Below are positions 28,299 to 37,611 of a DNA stretch of 41,697 nt, in pieces. The stretch is taken from NCBI GenBank assembly GCA_038231455.1, contig JBBRLI010000027.1:1-41697 (forward strand), given 5' to 3'. Each line of letters starts with the position of its first letter. Positions within the stretch are counted from its first letter, which is position 1. This stretch comes from Vulcanimicrobiales bacterium. Lineage in GTDB: Bacteria > Vulcanimicrobiota > Vulcanimicrobiia > Vulcanimicrobiales > Vulcanimicrobiaceae. A model generated the notes under the pieces. The model was not told where the DNA came from. It did not search any database and was given only the letters and a program-made list of their open reading frames with translations. A program made the position numbers and the translations under genes.

Positions 28299-29431
28299 GA
28301 AGTGCGCGGCTTCGCGGGGATCTCGGTAAAGGCCATCGGGCGGTCCCACCAGTCGTGGGCGCGCCAGCGTTCTTGGTCGGGTGTCGGCGGCGGTGGAAGC
28401 TTTTGCGCGAGCGCGATTTCGTAGGCGGCGATGTAGCGGTCTACCATCCGCTCCGATGAGAAGGTCGTCTCTACGCGCGTGCGGCACGCGCGGCGTGAGA
28501 GCGATGCCAGTTGCGGAACGCGTGCGACTGCCGCATCGACATCGTCGCACAGAAAACCGGTTTCGCCGTCGACGACGATCTCGGGGATCGAGCCCATGTT
28601 CGCGCCAAGGACCGGCGTGCCGCAAGCCATCGCCTCGATCATCGTGAGGCCGAAACGCTCCGGCCGCGTCGTCATGTGCACGAGCGCGAGCGCACCGCCG
28701 AGCAACTCGTCGCGCTTGGCACCGCGCACTTCGCCCAAGAATTCTACCGCGTCGCCATCGATGTGCGGCTCGACGAATTCCTTGAAATACGCGACGTCTT
28801 GCGGAATCGCAGCCATCTTCAATCGCACGCCGGCGCGCTTCGCGACCTCGATTGCGAGGTGCGCGCCTTTTTCGGGATGGAAGCGCGCGAGATACAGCAG
28901 ATAGTCGCCGGCCCGATCGACGAACGTGAACGCCTCGGGATCGATACCGTTGTATGCGGTGCTCACATAATTGAGGCCGGGATCGCGATCCGAATCGCTG
29001 ATCGAACAGAAGAAGCTGCGCTGCGCGGCGGCGTAGTACGCACCCAAAATCGGCGGCGAACTGAAACCGTGGATCGTCGTGAGCATCGGTGGGGTTTTGG
29101 TCGCGAGCGCGTACGTCAGCGGCTTCCAGTCGAAGTTGTTGTGGATCAGATCGAACTCGTGCGCACGTTCGAATAGCTTGCCGGTATGGATCGCGCCGTA
29201 GACATCGCCGTTTAAGCCGGGATCTTCGTTGACGCCCACGGGGACGACCGAGGCAAGTTTGCCTGCCGTTTGCGAGTTGCCCGTTGCGAAGAGCGTCACG
29301 TCGAGACCGCGACGCACCATGCCCTCAGCGATGTTCGAGGCCACTTGCTCCCAGGGTCCGTAACCCGGCGGTGGGGTCGGCCACGAAATCGGTGCGAGCA
29401 GCGCGACGCGCAGACCCGCAAGCGAACTCAC
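28295..29431 (-). CDS. Glycosyltransferase family 4
   Basis: PPPGYGPWE, YNGID, EKGAH, E-x7-E (ERFGLTMIE), AMACGTPV. Confidence 0.93.
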   Translation of the reverse strand: MSSLAGLRVALLAPISWPTPPPGYGPWEQVASNIAEGMVRRGLDVTLFATGNSQTAGKLASVVPVGVNEDPGLNGDVYGAIHTGKLFERAHEFDLIHNNFDWKPLTYALATKTPPMLTTIHGFSSPPILGAYYAAAQRSFFCSISDSDRDPGLNYVSTAYNGIDPEAFTFVDRAGDYLLYLARFHPEKGAHLAIEVAKRAGVRLKMAAIPQDVAYFKEFVEPHIDGDAVEFLGEVRGAKRDELLGGALALVHMTTRPERFGLTMIEAMACGTPVLGANMGSIPEIVVDGETGFLCDDVDAAVARVPQLASLSRRACRTRVETTFSSERMVDRYIAAYEIALAQKLPPPPTPDQERWRAHDWWDRPMAFTEIPAKPRTS

Positions 29432-29736
29432 GCGCTCGCCGCCCCGGCCAGCACCGAGGTCAACAGGCCGGGGAAGCGCTGTTCCAGACAGTCATAGCGA
29501 AGCTTCACATAGCGTTCTACCCCATCGATGCGCGTCCACGTGATTCCGGCCTCGCGTAGCACCTTGAAATGGTGCGAGCGGGTGGATTTTGCGATATCGA
29601 GGTGGATGGAACCGCACGAGACTTCGCGATGCTCGTGGAGTTCGGCCACGATCGCCAGGCGCACCGGGTCGCTCAGCGCGGCCAGTACGTCCGCGAGCAC
29701 GATCTCCTTGGCATCGGGTTGGGCAAGCTCGATCAT
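29428..29736 (-). CDS. ArsR/SmtB-family transcriptional regulator
   Basis: ALSDPVRLAIV, KSTRSHHFKVLREAG, RFPGLL; TATACT 7 nt before ATG 29736. Confidence 0.92.
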   Translation of the reverse strand: MIELAQPDAKEIVLADVLAALSDPVRLAIVAELHEHREVSCGSIHLDIAKSTRSHHFKVLREAGITWTRIDGVERYVKLRYDCLEQRFPGLLTSVLAGAASA

Positions 29737-29751
29737 CGCCTTCAGTATACC

Positions 29752-29807
29752 GTTCGATCGACGTCGAACAATGCGACTTTTGACGTATAGTTCGACGAGT
29801 GTCGAAC
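29752..29807. promoter_or_regulatory. Two palindromic operators GTTCGA-N6-TCGAAC
   Basis: GTTCGATCGACGTCGAAC (29752-29769) and GTTCGACGAGTGTCGAAC (29790-29807), each just upstream of a -10 box in the divergent ArsR/EamA spacer. Confidence 0.85.
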
Positions 29808-29821
29808 GGTAAGATGCTCGC

Positions 29822-30787
29822 ATGAGCAGTCGGACCCTCGGAATCAGCGCAGCCCTCACGGCGACCATCCTCTGGGGGATGCAGTTTCCCGTGCTTGGCG
29901 CCGTGCTACACGATCTCGACCCGTTCTGGCTGACGTTCGTGCGCTACCTGACGGCGACGTTGATTCTGGCCGCCGTCGTGCTGTTGCGCGAAGGGCGGGA
30001 AGCTTTTTCGCTCGAGGGCCGGGGCTGGACCGTCGCGGGTCTGGGCATTCTCGGATTCTCGGTGTTCAACGTCGCGCTGCTGTTCGGCATCCGCATCAGT
30101 GGACCGCAACACGGCTCGCTGATCATGGCGACGACGCCGCTACTCGTCGTACTCATTGGCTGGCTGCGCGGCGGTGCGAAGCCGACGGTACGGACGCTCG
30201 GATTTATCGCGCTTGCATTTTTCGGCGTCGCGCTCGTCGTCACCAAAGGCAATCCCGCAAGCGTGCTTGCGGCGGGCGATTGGATCGGCGATCTTTTGAT
30301 GCTCGGCGGCGCGCTCTGCTGGGCGACCTATACGTCGTGGATCCCGGCGTTCGCGTCGTGGTCGCCGCTACGCTACACGATGCTCGGCACGTTTTTCGGA
30401 ACGCTCTCGACGGCCGGCATCGCGCTCGTTGCAACGGCTCTTGGATTTTCACGTCTCCCGACGGTTGGCGGCTTCGTGCATGCGTTGCCCGGTATGGCGT
30501 TTCTTGCGATCGCCGGTGCGGTGATTGCTCTCGTTGCGTGGAACATCGGGATCGCCAAACTCGGTGCGGCGACGGCGGTCCTCTTCATGAACGTCGTGCC
30601 GATCACGGCGTTCGCTATTGCAATCGGCTTCGGCGCCCACTATCCGGCGATCGAATACGTCGGCGCTGCGATCACGATTCTTGCACTCGTGCTCAACAAC
30701 ATCGTCGCGCGACCGCGAATGCGGCCGGTCTTAGCCGCGGTCGAAGGCGATCGCTCCGCCTTTGATCACCAGCGCGGGGTCGCGTAG
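29822..30787 (+). CDS. DMT/EamA-family transporter
   Basis: About 10 hydrophobic helices in two repeats (LWG...R; GDLLMLGGALCWATY); TAAGAT 6 nt before the ATG. Confidence 0.92.
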   Translation: MSSRTLGISAALTATILWGMQFPVLGAVLHDLDPFWLTFVRYLTATLILAAVVLLREGREAFSLEGRGWTVAGLGILGFSVFNVALLFGIRISGPQHGSLIMATTPLLVVLIGWLRGGAKPTVRTLGFIALAFFGVALVVTKGNPASVLAAGDWIGDLLMLGGALCWATYTSWIPAFASWSPLRYTMLGTFFGTLSTAGIALVATALGFSRLPTVGGFVHALPGMAFLAIAGAVIALVAWNIGIAKLGAATAVLFMNVVPITAFAIAIGFGAHYPAIEYVGAAITILALVLNNIVARPRMRPVLAAVEGDRSAFDHQRGVA

Positions 30788-31912
30788 CGCCCGCGTTTCC
30801 ACATCGAGTTCGCCGTCGAGTGCGAGTAGGTCGGCCGGGCGTCCCGGTTCGATCACGCCTGCATCGACGCCGAGCAATTCGCCCGCGGATTTCGTTGCAG
30901 CACTCAGCGCTTGCGAGGCAGTCATGCCCAGAATCGTCTGCATGAGTTCGACTTCGTACCAGTAGTTTTCGTGAAAATTGTACGGCGTGCCCGCATCGCT
31001 GCCACCGGCAAACATCACGCCAGCCTCGAACGCGCGCCGTAGGTTTACGCGCATCTTATCGTAGATCTCGGTCGCTTTGCGTATGACGTAGTCGGGCTGC
31101 TTGCCGTTGTCGATGTTCTCGAAGATGCACGTGATGGCGGCGATCGTCGGCACGAGATAGGTGCCGCGTTCTTTGAAAAGCGCGATCGCCTCGTCGTCCA
31201 GCAAATGACCGTGTTCGATGGAGGTGACGCCCGCCCGCAAGGCGTTCTTGATACCGCTCGTGCCGATCGCGTGCGCGGCGACGCGCATGCCGTGCGTCGA
31301 GGCCTCGACGATCGCCGCCCGCATTTCTTCTTCGCTGAGCTGATCGCGGCCCGGGACCGCGCCCTTGGTGAGCACGCCGCCGGTCGCGATGAGTTTGATG
31401 CAGCCGGCTCCGGCTTTGAGCTGCTCGCGCACCGCTTTGCGCGCGTCCCACGGACCGTCGGCTTCGCGGCCGATGAAGAATCCGTGACCGCCCGTCATGC
31501 AGATCGCGCGGCCGGCGGGGATGATCGTCGGTCCGACGTGCTCGCCGCGCGCAACCGCATCACGGATCGCGATTGCATTCCCATCGGTCGCGCCGAGATC
31601 CCGACATGTCGTTACGCCGGCTTCAAGGGCCTTGCGCGCATTTGCAACCGCGCCGAGTGTTTTTTCCGCCGGCGTTTTGATGATGTAGACGCCCATCACG
31701 TCGGGTTCGCCGTTGACTTCCAAGTGCACGTGCGAATTGATCAATCCCGGGCTGACGGCGCGCGTTTCGATCGTGCGCTCGGCATCGATCGCCGTCGTGC
31801 CGTCGACGATCGAATGGATCGTCGTCCCCTCGATGAGGATCGTGACGTTGCGGCGCGGCGCGGAGCCGGTGCCGTCGTAAAGCGCGCCGCAGCGCAGAGC
31901 AAGAGAGTTCAC
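30731..31912 (-). CDS. Metal-dependent amidohydrolase (Xaa-Pro dipeptidase-like)
   Basis: PGLINSHVH, GVTTCRDLG, IKLIATGG, AAHA, SIEHG, GSDAG. Confidence 0.92.
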   Translation of the reverse strand: MNSLALRCGALYDGTGSAPRRNVTILIEGTTIHSIVDGTTAIDAERTIETRAVSPGLINSHVHLEVNGEPDVMGVYIIKTPAEKTLGAVANARKALEAGVTTCRDLGATDGNAIAIRDAVARGEHVGPTIIPAGRAICMTGGHGFFIGREADGPWDARKAVREQLKAGAGCIKLIATGGVLTKGAVPGRDQLSEEEMRAAIVEASTHGMRVAAHAIGTSGIKNALRAGVTSIEHGHLLDDEAIALFKERGTYLVPTIAAITCIFENIDNGKQPDYVIRKATEIYDKMRVNLRRAFEAGVMFAGGSDAGTPYNFHENYWYEVELMQTILGMTASQALSAATKSAGELLGVDAGVIEPGRPADLLALDGELDVETRALRDPALVIKGGAIAFDRG

Positions 31913-32163
31913 ACGGGACCTTTCGCGGATGGTGGAAAGAGGCGATCTGCGCCGAGCGCGGCGCGATCGAAGTAGCGCGCGTGCGTCACGAGCACGTCGG
32001 CACGCGAAGTCGCCTCTAAGAGCACGACTTCCACATCGGGCTTCGCGATCGATTCGAGTTCGAGCAGGAGCCGCTCGCGTCGCGCTTCGAGGGGATCCTC
32101 AAACCAGCGCTCGAGGGTCGTCGTCGCGGTTTGCCGGTCGTAGGCGATCAGGACGCTAATCAT
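31909..32163 (-). CDS. Putative CapRel-type antitoxin (84 aa)
   Basis: VLIAYD...F.D...A...E...EVVLLEATS...THARYFD parallels the CapRel antitoxin domain ending YPNYF; overlaps the upstream SAS stop. Confidence 0.65.
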   Translation of the reverse strand: MISVLIAYDRQTATTTLERWFEDPLEARRERLLLELESIAKPDVEVVLLEATSRADVLVTHARYFDRAALGADRLFPPSAKGPV

Positions 32164-32842
32164 CGAAACGCAGCGCTTCGAGGATTCCCGTTCGGCGACT
32201 CACGACTGTCGTCACGCGTTCGAGGGCTTCCATCGCCTCGTCGGTATCGATCGTCGCGCCGTCGGCGCGCGCGCGTCCGGCCGTCTGCAGATACTCGTTG
32301 TCGGCGACGAACCGGCTCATGGTCATGAGCGCCGCCACGACATGCGAGGGGCCGCCGCCGTATTTGAGGTCGAAGCCGTGCTTGTCGGCGAGGCGTTCGG
32401 AGAGCTGGGCCCAGCGGTGCTGGGCGAGAGTACGCACCTGGAATTCAAACGGGAGCGGAAAGCGCGCGAGCACATGCACCGCGCGATAGCCGTAGGTGGG
32501 AAACGAACGGCGGTCGACGATCTGCGTCGTTTCGATCCGCGCGCAGAGTTCGGCGGTGATGCGGTCCTGCTCGGCAATCGTCCGCACAACGATACGCGCG
32601 CCCGCGATGTCTTGCACCGACGAGAGTCGGGTCGGCGCGTTGCGGACGAGCTTATCGAGAATCGAACGAGCAGATTTATGACGCGCAACGATTGCGGTGT
32701 CGAGTTCGGCTGCGAGTTTGGGGATCGTCGTTGCGAAGATCGGTTCGAACGTCGCGCGGTACGCGTCGAGTTCCCGCAAGTCATCGGCCTCGGGCGCCGT
32801 TCGTAGGCGTGCGCCGAGACGGTCGATCTGTGCGCCGGTCAA
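32156..32842 (-). CDS. RelA/SpoT-domain small alarmone synthetase, CapRel-like toxSAS
   Basis: RHKSARSILDK, QDIAGAR, GYRAVH, EFQVRT.AQH.WA; N-terminal QIDRLGARLR; no hydrolase domain; TTG start overlaps the upstream stop. Confidence 0.88.
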   Translation of the reverse strand: MTGAQIDRLGARLRTAPEADDLRELDAYRATFEPIFATTIPKLAAELDTAIVARHKSARSILDKLVRNAPTRLSSVQDIAGARIVVRTIAEQDRITAELCARIETTQIVDRRSFPTYGYRAVHVLARFPLPFEFQVRTLAQHRWAQLSERLADKHGFDLKYGGGPSHVVAALMTMSRFVADNEYLQTAGRARADGATIDTDEAMEALERVTTVVSRRTGILEALRFDD

Positions 32843-34032
32843 TGGACCACGACCGAGATCAGGTCGTCGATCGCAGCGAAGCAGCGGTCGATATCCGCCG
32901 TCGTATTGTAGTGCGCAAACGACAGCCGCACGGCCGTTCCGCCGCGATCCGAGGCGATCGACTGCATCAGACGCGGGCTATAATAATCGCCGAAGCGCGC
33001 TTCGATGCCCGCGCTATCGAGCCCACGCGCGACGCTCTCGCCCTCTTCGCGCTCGACATTGAACGCGAAGAGGGGGAGCCGGTAGAATCCCGCCGGACGA
33101 CCGTAAAGCGTGATGACTTCTGCGCGAAGTTCGAATTTTGTGAGCGCGTATTTGCTCAGAGTGCGCTCGTAGGTTGCGATCGAATCCATCGCCGCGCGCA
33201 GCTTTCCGCCGCCGACATCGCGCAGATAATTCACCGTGCCGAGCCAGCCGGCAACGGCCTCGTGGCTCTGTGTCCCCGGTTCGATCGACCAGTACGCTGC
33301 GCCCGTTGGAACGAGCGGGTCGTCGCTGCGAAAGAATCGCTCGGAAAAATCCGGGTGCGCGTACCAGAATCCCATGTGCGGTGCGAATATCTTGTATGCG
33401 GAGAACATCACGGCATCGAACGCCGGATCGATATCGACGCGACGGTGCGGCAACATCTGCACGCCGTCGACCATAACGATGGCGCCGACGGCTTTGGCTT
33501 CACGCGCGTATGTCGTAACGTCGAACACCGTGCCCGTGCAGTTCGACGCCCACGGGAGCGCGACGAGGACCGGACCGCGCGCGAGTGCTTCGTGGTACGC
33601 GGCTTCATTGATGTCGCCGTTCTCATCGACGGGAACGATGTCGATCTCGGCGCCGAAGTTCGCGAGCCACATCCACGGCGAGACGTTGGCTGAGTGATCG
33701 GCGGCCGTCAGCACGATCCGGTCGCCCGGTCGGATCGACGGCGCGATGGCGCGCGAGAGATGCATCGCAATCGAGGTTGCATTCAGTCCGATACCGACCG
33801 TTGCGCTCGGCACCCCGATCAACTCTGCAAATGCGGACTTGCCCTCCGCGATGAGTGCGCTCGTGCGTATCGGGCGTGCGAAGATCGATCCTTTTTGCGA
33901 ATTCTCGACCACGAGATACGCCTGCATGCGCTCGATCGTCTCGAGTGGGAGCTGTGTCGAAGCGGCGTTGTCCGCAAGGATGCGGCCTTCGGCGCGCGCG
34001 GCGACGACGCCCGGAAAGCGGCTGCCGTTCAC
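32839..34032 (-). CDS. Class V PLP aminotransferase (cysteine desulfurase-like)
   Basis: DNAASTQ, DHSAN, ASNCTG, VDGVQ, FSAYK, VRLSFAHYNT. Confidence 0.9.
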   Translation of the reverse strand: MNGSRFPGVVAARAEGRILADNAASTQLPLETIERMQAYLVVENSQKGSIFARPIRTSALIAEGKSAFAELIGVPSATVGIGLNATSIAMHLSRAIAPSIRPGDRIVLTAADHSANVSPWMWLANFGAEIDIVPVDENGDINEAAYHEALARGPVLVALPWASNCTGTVFDVTTYAREAKAVGAIVMVDGVQMLPHRRVDIDPAFDAVMFSAYKIFAPHMGFWYAHPDFSERFFRSDDPLVPTGAAYWSIEPGTQSHEAVAGWLGTVNYLRDVGGGKLRAAMDSIATYERTLSKYALTKFELRAEVITLYGRPAGFYRLPLFAFNVEREEGESVARGLDSAGIEARFGDYYSPRLMQSIASDRGGTAVRLSFAHYNTTADIDRCFAAIDDLISVVVH

Positions 34033-34958
34033 GAGCGCGCCGCGGCGGCTTCGAGAGCGGTAAACGCGCGCGAGGTAAGCGGGTGATCGAGTTTGCTAGC
34101 GATGAAGCGCGACGCTTCGCGGATCTTCGTAAGGTCGATTCCCGTTTCGATCCCCATTCCGTGCAGCATATAGAGCAAGTCTTCGGTGGAAAGGTTGCCG
34201 CTCGCGCCCGGCGCGTACGGACAGCCGCCAAGACCGCCGGCCGACGAATCGAACGTTGCGATTCCCATTTGCAGTGCTGCCATGACGTTGGCAAGCGCTA
34301 TGCCGCGTGTATCGTGGAAGTGCATCGCCAGGCGCTCGACCGGCATTTTGTCTTGTAGTGCTCCGGCGACATCGACGACTTGGTTTGGCGTTGCAACGCC
34401 GATCGTATCGCCAATCGAGAGTTCGTCGATCCCCATATCGGCAAGCCGCTCGGCGACACGCACGACATTTTCAACCGGAACCGCGCCTTCGTACGGACAC
34501 CCAAACGCCGTCGAGATGTAACCGCGCACCCACATGTTTTCGGTGCGCGCGCGGCGCACGACGGCGGCGAACGTGGAGATCGACTCGTCGATCGTCATGC
34601 CGATATTGGCTTTGGTGAAACTCTCCGAGGCCGCGGTGAAGACGGCGATCGCCGTTGCGCCCGCAGCGATCGCGCGATCGAGTCCGCGGTCGTTCGGCAC
34701 GAGCACGAGGTACGTGACGCCGGGTCGCTTGTCGATGCGCGCGAAGACGTCGTCTGCATCGGCAAGCTGTGGGATGGCTTTGGGACTCACGAAGGACGTC
34801 GCCTCGACGATCGGCGCACCCGCGGCCGAGAGCAAGTCGATGTAGCGCACTTTATCAGCGACGGAGACGATGCTCGATTCGTTCTGCAGACCGTCGCGCG
34901 GTCCGACTTCACAAATCTTGACCCGCTGCGGCAGCGTCGTCAAACTGGTTGCGCTCAT
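34029..34958 (-). CDS. liuE: Hydroxymethylglutaryl-CoA lyase
   Basis: EVGPRDGLQNE, SFVSPK, DTIG, HFHDT, GGLGGCPYAPGASGN. Confidence 0.95.
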   Translation of the reverse strand: MSATSLTTLPQRVKICEVGPRDGLQNESSIVSVADKVRYIDLLSAAGAPIVEATSFVSPKAIPQLADADDVFARIDKRPGVTYLVLVPNDRGLDRAIAAGATAIAVFTAASESFTKANIGMTIDESISTFAAVVRRARTENMWVRGYISTAFGCPYEGAVPVENVVRVAERLADMGIDELSIGDTIGVATPNQVVDVAGALQDKMPVERLAMHFHDTRGIALANVMAALQMGIATFDSSAGGLGGCPYAPGASGNLSTEDLLYMLHGMGIETGIDLTKIREASRFIASKLDHPLTSRAFTALEAAAARS

Positions 34959-35731
34959 GGGGCCCGCTCCGATTTGAGAAAGTTCACCGTATGTTCGACG
35001 ACGCGCGGCCACATCGAGTCATCGTGCACGAACCCGCGGATGAGTGAGGTAAAGGGATTCGACAGGGCGCCGAGGTTGAGGTGGTTTGCGCGATCGTCGT
35101 CAATGAACACGGTGGGAATGTGTTCTTCTAGATGTGCCGATTCGCTTCGCACGACCCCGTCGCTTGCGGTCGGCCCGGCAAACCGGGGCACCCGGCCCAC
35201 GATGGCGAGGATGCGTGTGCCTTCCGGAACGACGAACGGTTTGCGGTCGAGAATCCAGAGTTTGTGTTTGGGATCTGCCGTCGGCACCCAGTGACCGCTC
35301 GTTCCATTGAGCCAAGTCATGAACGGCGATGCGACGTCGAGATCGGCGAGTTCTTCGGCGCGGATGCGAAAGCGCTGCGAGAGTTGCGCGAGATAGTTGG
35401 TGATGAGGCCGCCATTGGGTGATGCCAATTGCACGATCCCGGCGATCTCGTGCGCACGCTCGGGATACGCGCGCAAAAATCCGCGCGCGATCAACCCGCC
35501 GGCGCTAAAGCCGAAGATAGCGACCGGAAACGCCTGCGGTTCGCGGCTTTTGAGGCGATCCAGAAATCGCGCCAGCTCGTCGACGCGCGGCCGCAGACCG
35601 AATTTGCCTTGCGGAAAGATGATCGAGTCGAATCCGTACGCGGAAAAACCGTAGCGGCCATTGCGCCCCTGATCGAAAGTCTCCATCAGGTCGGCGACTT
35701 CGTGCCAGCCGGGAAGTAAGATGATCTTCAT
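34955..35731 (-). CDS. Alpha/beta-hydrolase (lipase/esterase-like)
   Basis: LLPGW oxyanion region, GFSAGG nucleophile elbow, LASPNGG, SDGVV, NHL. Confidence 0.85.
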   Translation of the reverse strand: MKIILLPGWHEVADLMETFDQGRNGRYGFSAYGFDSIIFPQGKFGLRPRVDELARFLDRLKSREPQAFPVAIFGFSAGGLIARGFLRAYPERAHEIAGIVQLASPNGGLITNYLAQLSQRFRIRAEELADLDVASPFMTWLNGTSGHWVPTADPKHKLWILDRKPFVVPEGTRILAIVGRVPRFAGPTASDGVVRSESAHLEEHIPTVFIDDDRANHLNLGALSNPFTSLIRGFVHDDSMWPRVVEHTVNFLKSERAP

Positions 35732-37611
35732 TCGTGCAGCTTCACAAGCGTTGCGCCCGCGGCGACCAGTTGGCCCGGTTCGACGAACACCTCACCGACG
35801 TTGCCGGCAAGGGGTGCCTCGATGCGATGTTCCATCTTCATCGCTTCGAGCACGACGAGTAGCGCGCGCGCTTCGACGCGATCGCCTTTGCGGACCGAGA
35901 CGCTGGTGATTTTGCCCGGCATCGGCGCGGTCACGGTGCCGGAGCCGGTCGTGGCGGCGTGTTCGGCGTCGGCGCTGGGCACCGCAGCGAACGCGAAACG
36001 ATAGGCGCATCCGCCCAGATCGACGCTGATGCCGGTCGGATCGATGCGCGCATTCGCCGGCAGATCGCGGCGCGCGATCCTTCCGGCGAGGTCGCCGCTT
36101 AGAACGAAGTCGTCGCCGCTGAGCGTGATGTCGGTCGCGACTGTTTTTCCGCCGATCGTGAACCGCACCGGCATGCCGACGCTCCCCATGCGCCACGCGC
36201 GTCCGCTCGCCGCGAGCGTTGCTGCAGCAATGCGCGCCGCATCGAAAACGGCCGCCGGGTGTGCAGCCAGCAAGTTGGCGAGGATCGGCCGCTCCTCAAG
36301 AAAGCGTGTCGTCGTATCGCCGGCAATGTAGGCGGAATCGGCAAAGATCGCGCGCAGCATGCCGAGGTTCGTCGTGACGCCGCCGACCTCGGTGCTCGCG
36401 AGTGTCGCCTGCATCCGCGCGATCGCAGCGTTACGATCGGCGCCCCACACGATGATCTTGGCAAGCAGCGAGTCGTAGTACACGCTCACCTCGCTGCCCG
36501 CGCGAAAACCGGTATCGACGCGCACGCCCGGCGCATTCGGAACCGAGAACGCGGTGAGGGTGCCGATCGAAGGCAGAAAGTCGTGCGCGGGGTCTTCGGC
36601 GTTGAGACGCGCTTCGATCGACCAGCCGCGCGGTTCGACGCTCCCGATCGTCAAGCGCTCGCCCTGCGCGATGCGCAGTTGCCAGTGGACGAGATCGACT
36701 CCGTAGACGAGTTCGGTGACGGGGTGCTCGACTTGCAAGCGCGCGTTGACTTCGAGGAAGTAGAAGCTACCGTCCTCATCGAGCATGAACTCGACGGTGC
36801 CCGCATTCGTGTACCCTACCGACTCTGCCGCTGCAATCGCCGCCGCAAACATCTGCTCGCGCAAACGTGCATCGAGCGCGACCGACGGCGCTTCCTCGAG
36901 CACTTTTTGGTGACGTCGCTGGATCGAACACTCGCGCTCGCCGAGCGCTAGCGTCGTTCCGTGCTGGTCGGCAAGAATTTGTACTTCGATGTGGCGCGGC
37001 CGGCGTAGGTAGCGTTCGAGCAGCACGGCGTCATCGCCGAAGGACGCTTTGGCTTCGCGCATCGCCGAGGCGAGCGCATCGTCGAACTGCGCGAGGTCGT
37101 CGACGACACGCATGCCGCGTCCGCCGCCGCCGGCACTGGCTTTGATGAGCAGCGGCAAGTCGATGCGTCCGGCTTCCGTACGCAGTCGCTCGAGCGAACG
37201 ATCCTCGCCGTCGTAACCGGGGACGACCGGAACGCCGCGTTCGCGAACGCGCTGCTTGGCCTCGATCTTGCTGCCCATCTGCGCGATCGCCGAGGGCGAC
37301 GGTCCGACGAAAATCAACCCGGCATCGGCGACGGCCTGTGCGAACGGCGCGCGTTCGGAGAGAAACCCGTAGCCCGGATGGATGGCATCAGCACCGAGCG
37401 TCTTGGCTGCGGCGATGACGCGTTCGCCTTGCAGATACGATTCCGTCGCGGGTGCCGGGCCGATGTTGATACTCGCATCCATCACCTCGCGGTGCAGCGC
37501 GTGGACATCGGCATCGCTATACACGCCGACGGGCGAGATGCCGAGTTCGCGCGCACCGCGTGCGATGCGCACGGCGATCTCGCCGCGATTGGCGATGAGC
37601 AGCCGCTTCAT
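35728..37611 (-). CDS. liuD: 3-methylcrotonyl-CoA carboxylase alpha subunit (biotin carboxylase plus biotin carrier)
   Basis: Start ATG 37611 (MKRLLIANRGEIA); HPGYGFLSE, GGGGRGM, RECSIQRRHQK, RLQVEHPVTE, EAMKME. Confidence 0.9.
   Translation of the reverse strand: MKRLLIANRGEIAVRIARGARELGISPVGVYSDADVHALHREVMDASINIGPAPATESYLQGERVIAAAKTLGADAIHPGYGFLSERAPFAQAVADAGLIFVGPSPSAIAQMGSKIEAKQRVRERGVPVVPGYDGEDRSLERLRTEAGRIDLPLLIKASAGGGGRGMRVVDDLAQFDDALASAMREAKASFGDDAVLLERYLRRPRHIEVQILADQHGTTLALGERECSIQRRHQKVLEEAPSVALDARLREQMFAAAIAAAESVGYTNAGTVEFMLDEDGSFYFLEVNARLQVEHPVTELVYGVDLVHWQLRIAQGERLTIGSVEPRGWSIEARLNAEDPAHDFLPSIGTLTAFSVPNAPGVRVDTGFRAGSEVSVYYDSLLAKIIVWGADRNAAIARMQATLASTEVGGVTTNLGMLRAIFADSAYIAGDTTTRFLEERPILANLLAAHPAAVFDAARIAAATLAASGRAWRMGSVGMPVRFTIGGKTVATDITLSGDDFVLSGDLAGRIARRDLPANARIDPTGISVDLGGCAYRFAFAAVPSADAEHAATTGSGTVTAPMPGKITSVSVRKGDRVEARALLVVLEAMKMEHRIEAPLAGNVGEVFVEPGQLVAAGATLVKLHE

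Noticed and set aside
30731-30787. 57-nt convergent overlap of EamA and amidohydrolase as an antisense system
   Set aside because: Most simply a non-conserved C-terminal run-on; short convergent overlaps recur in this compact window.
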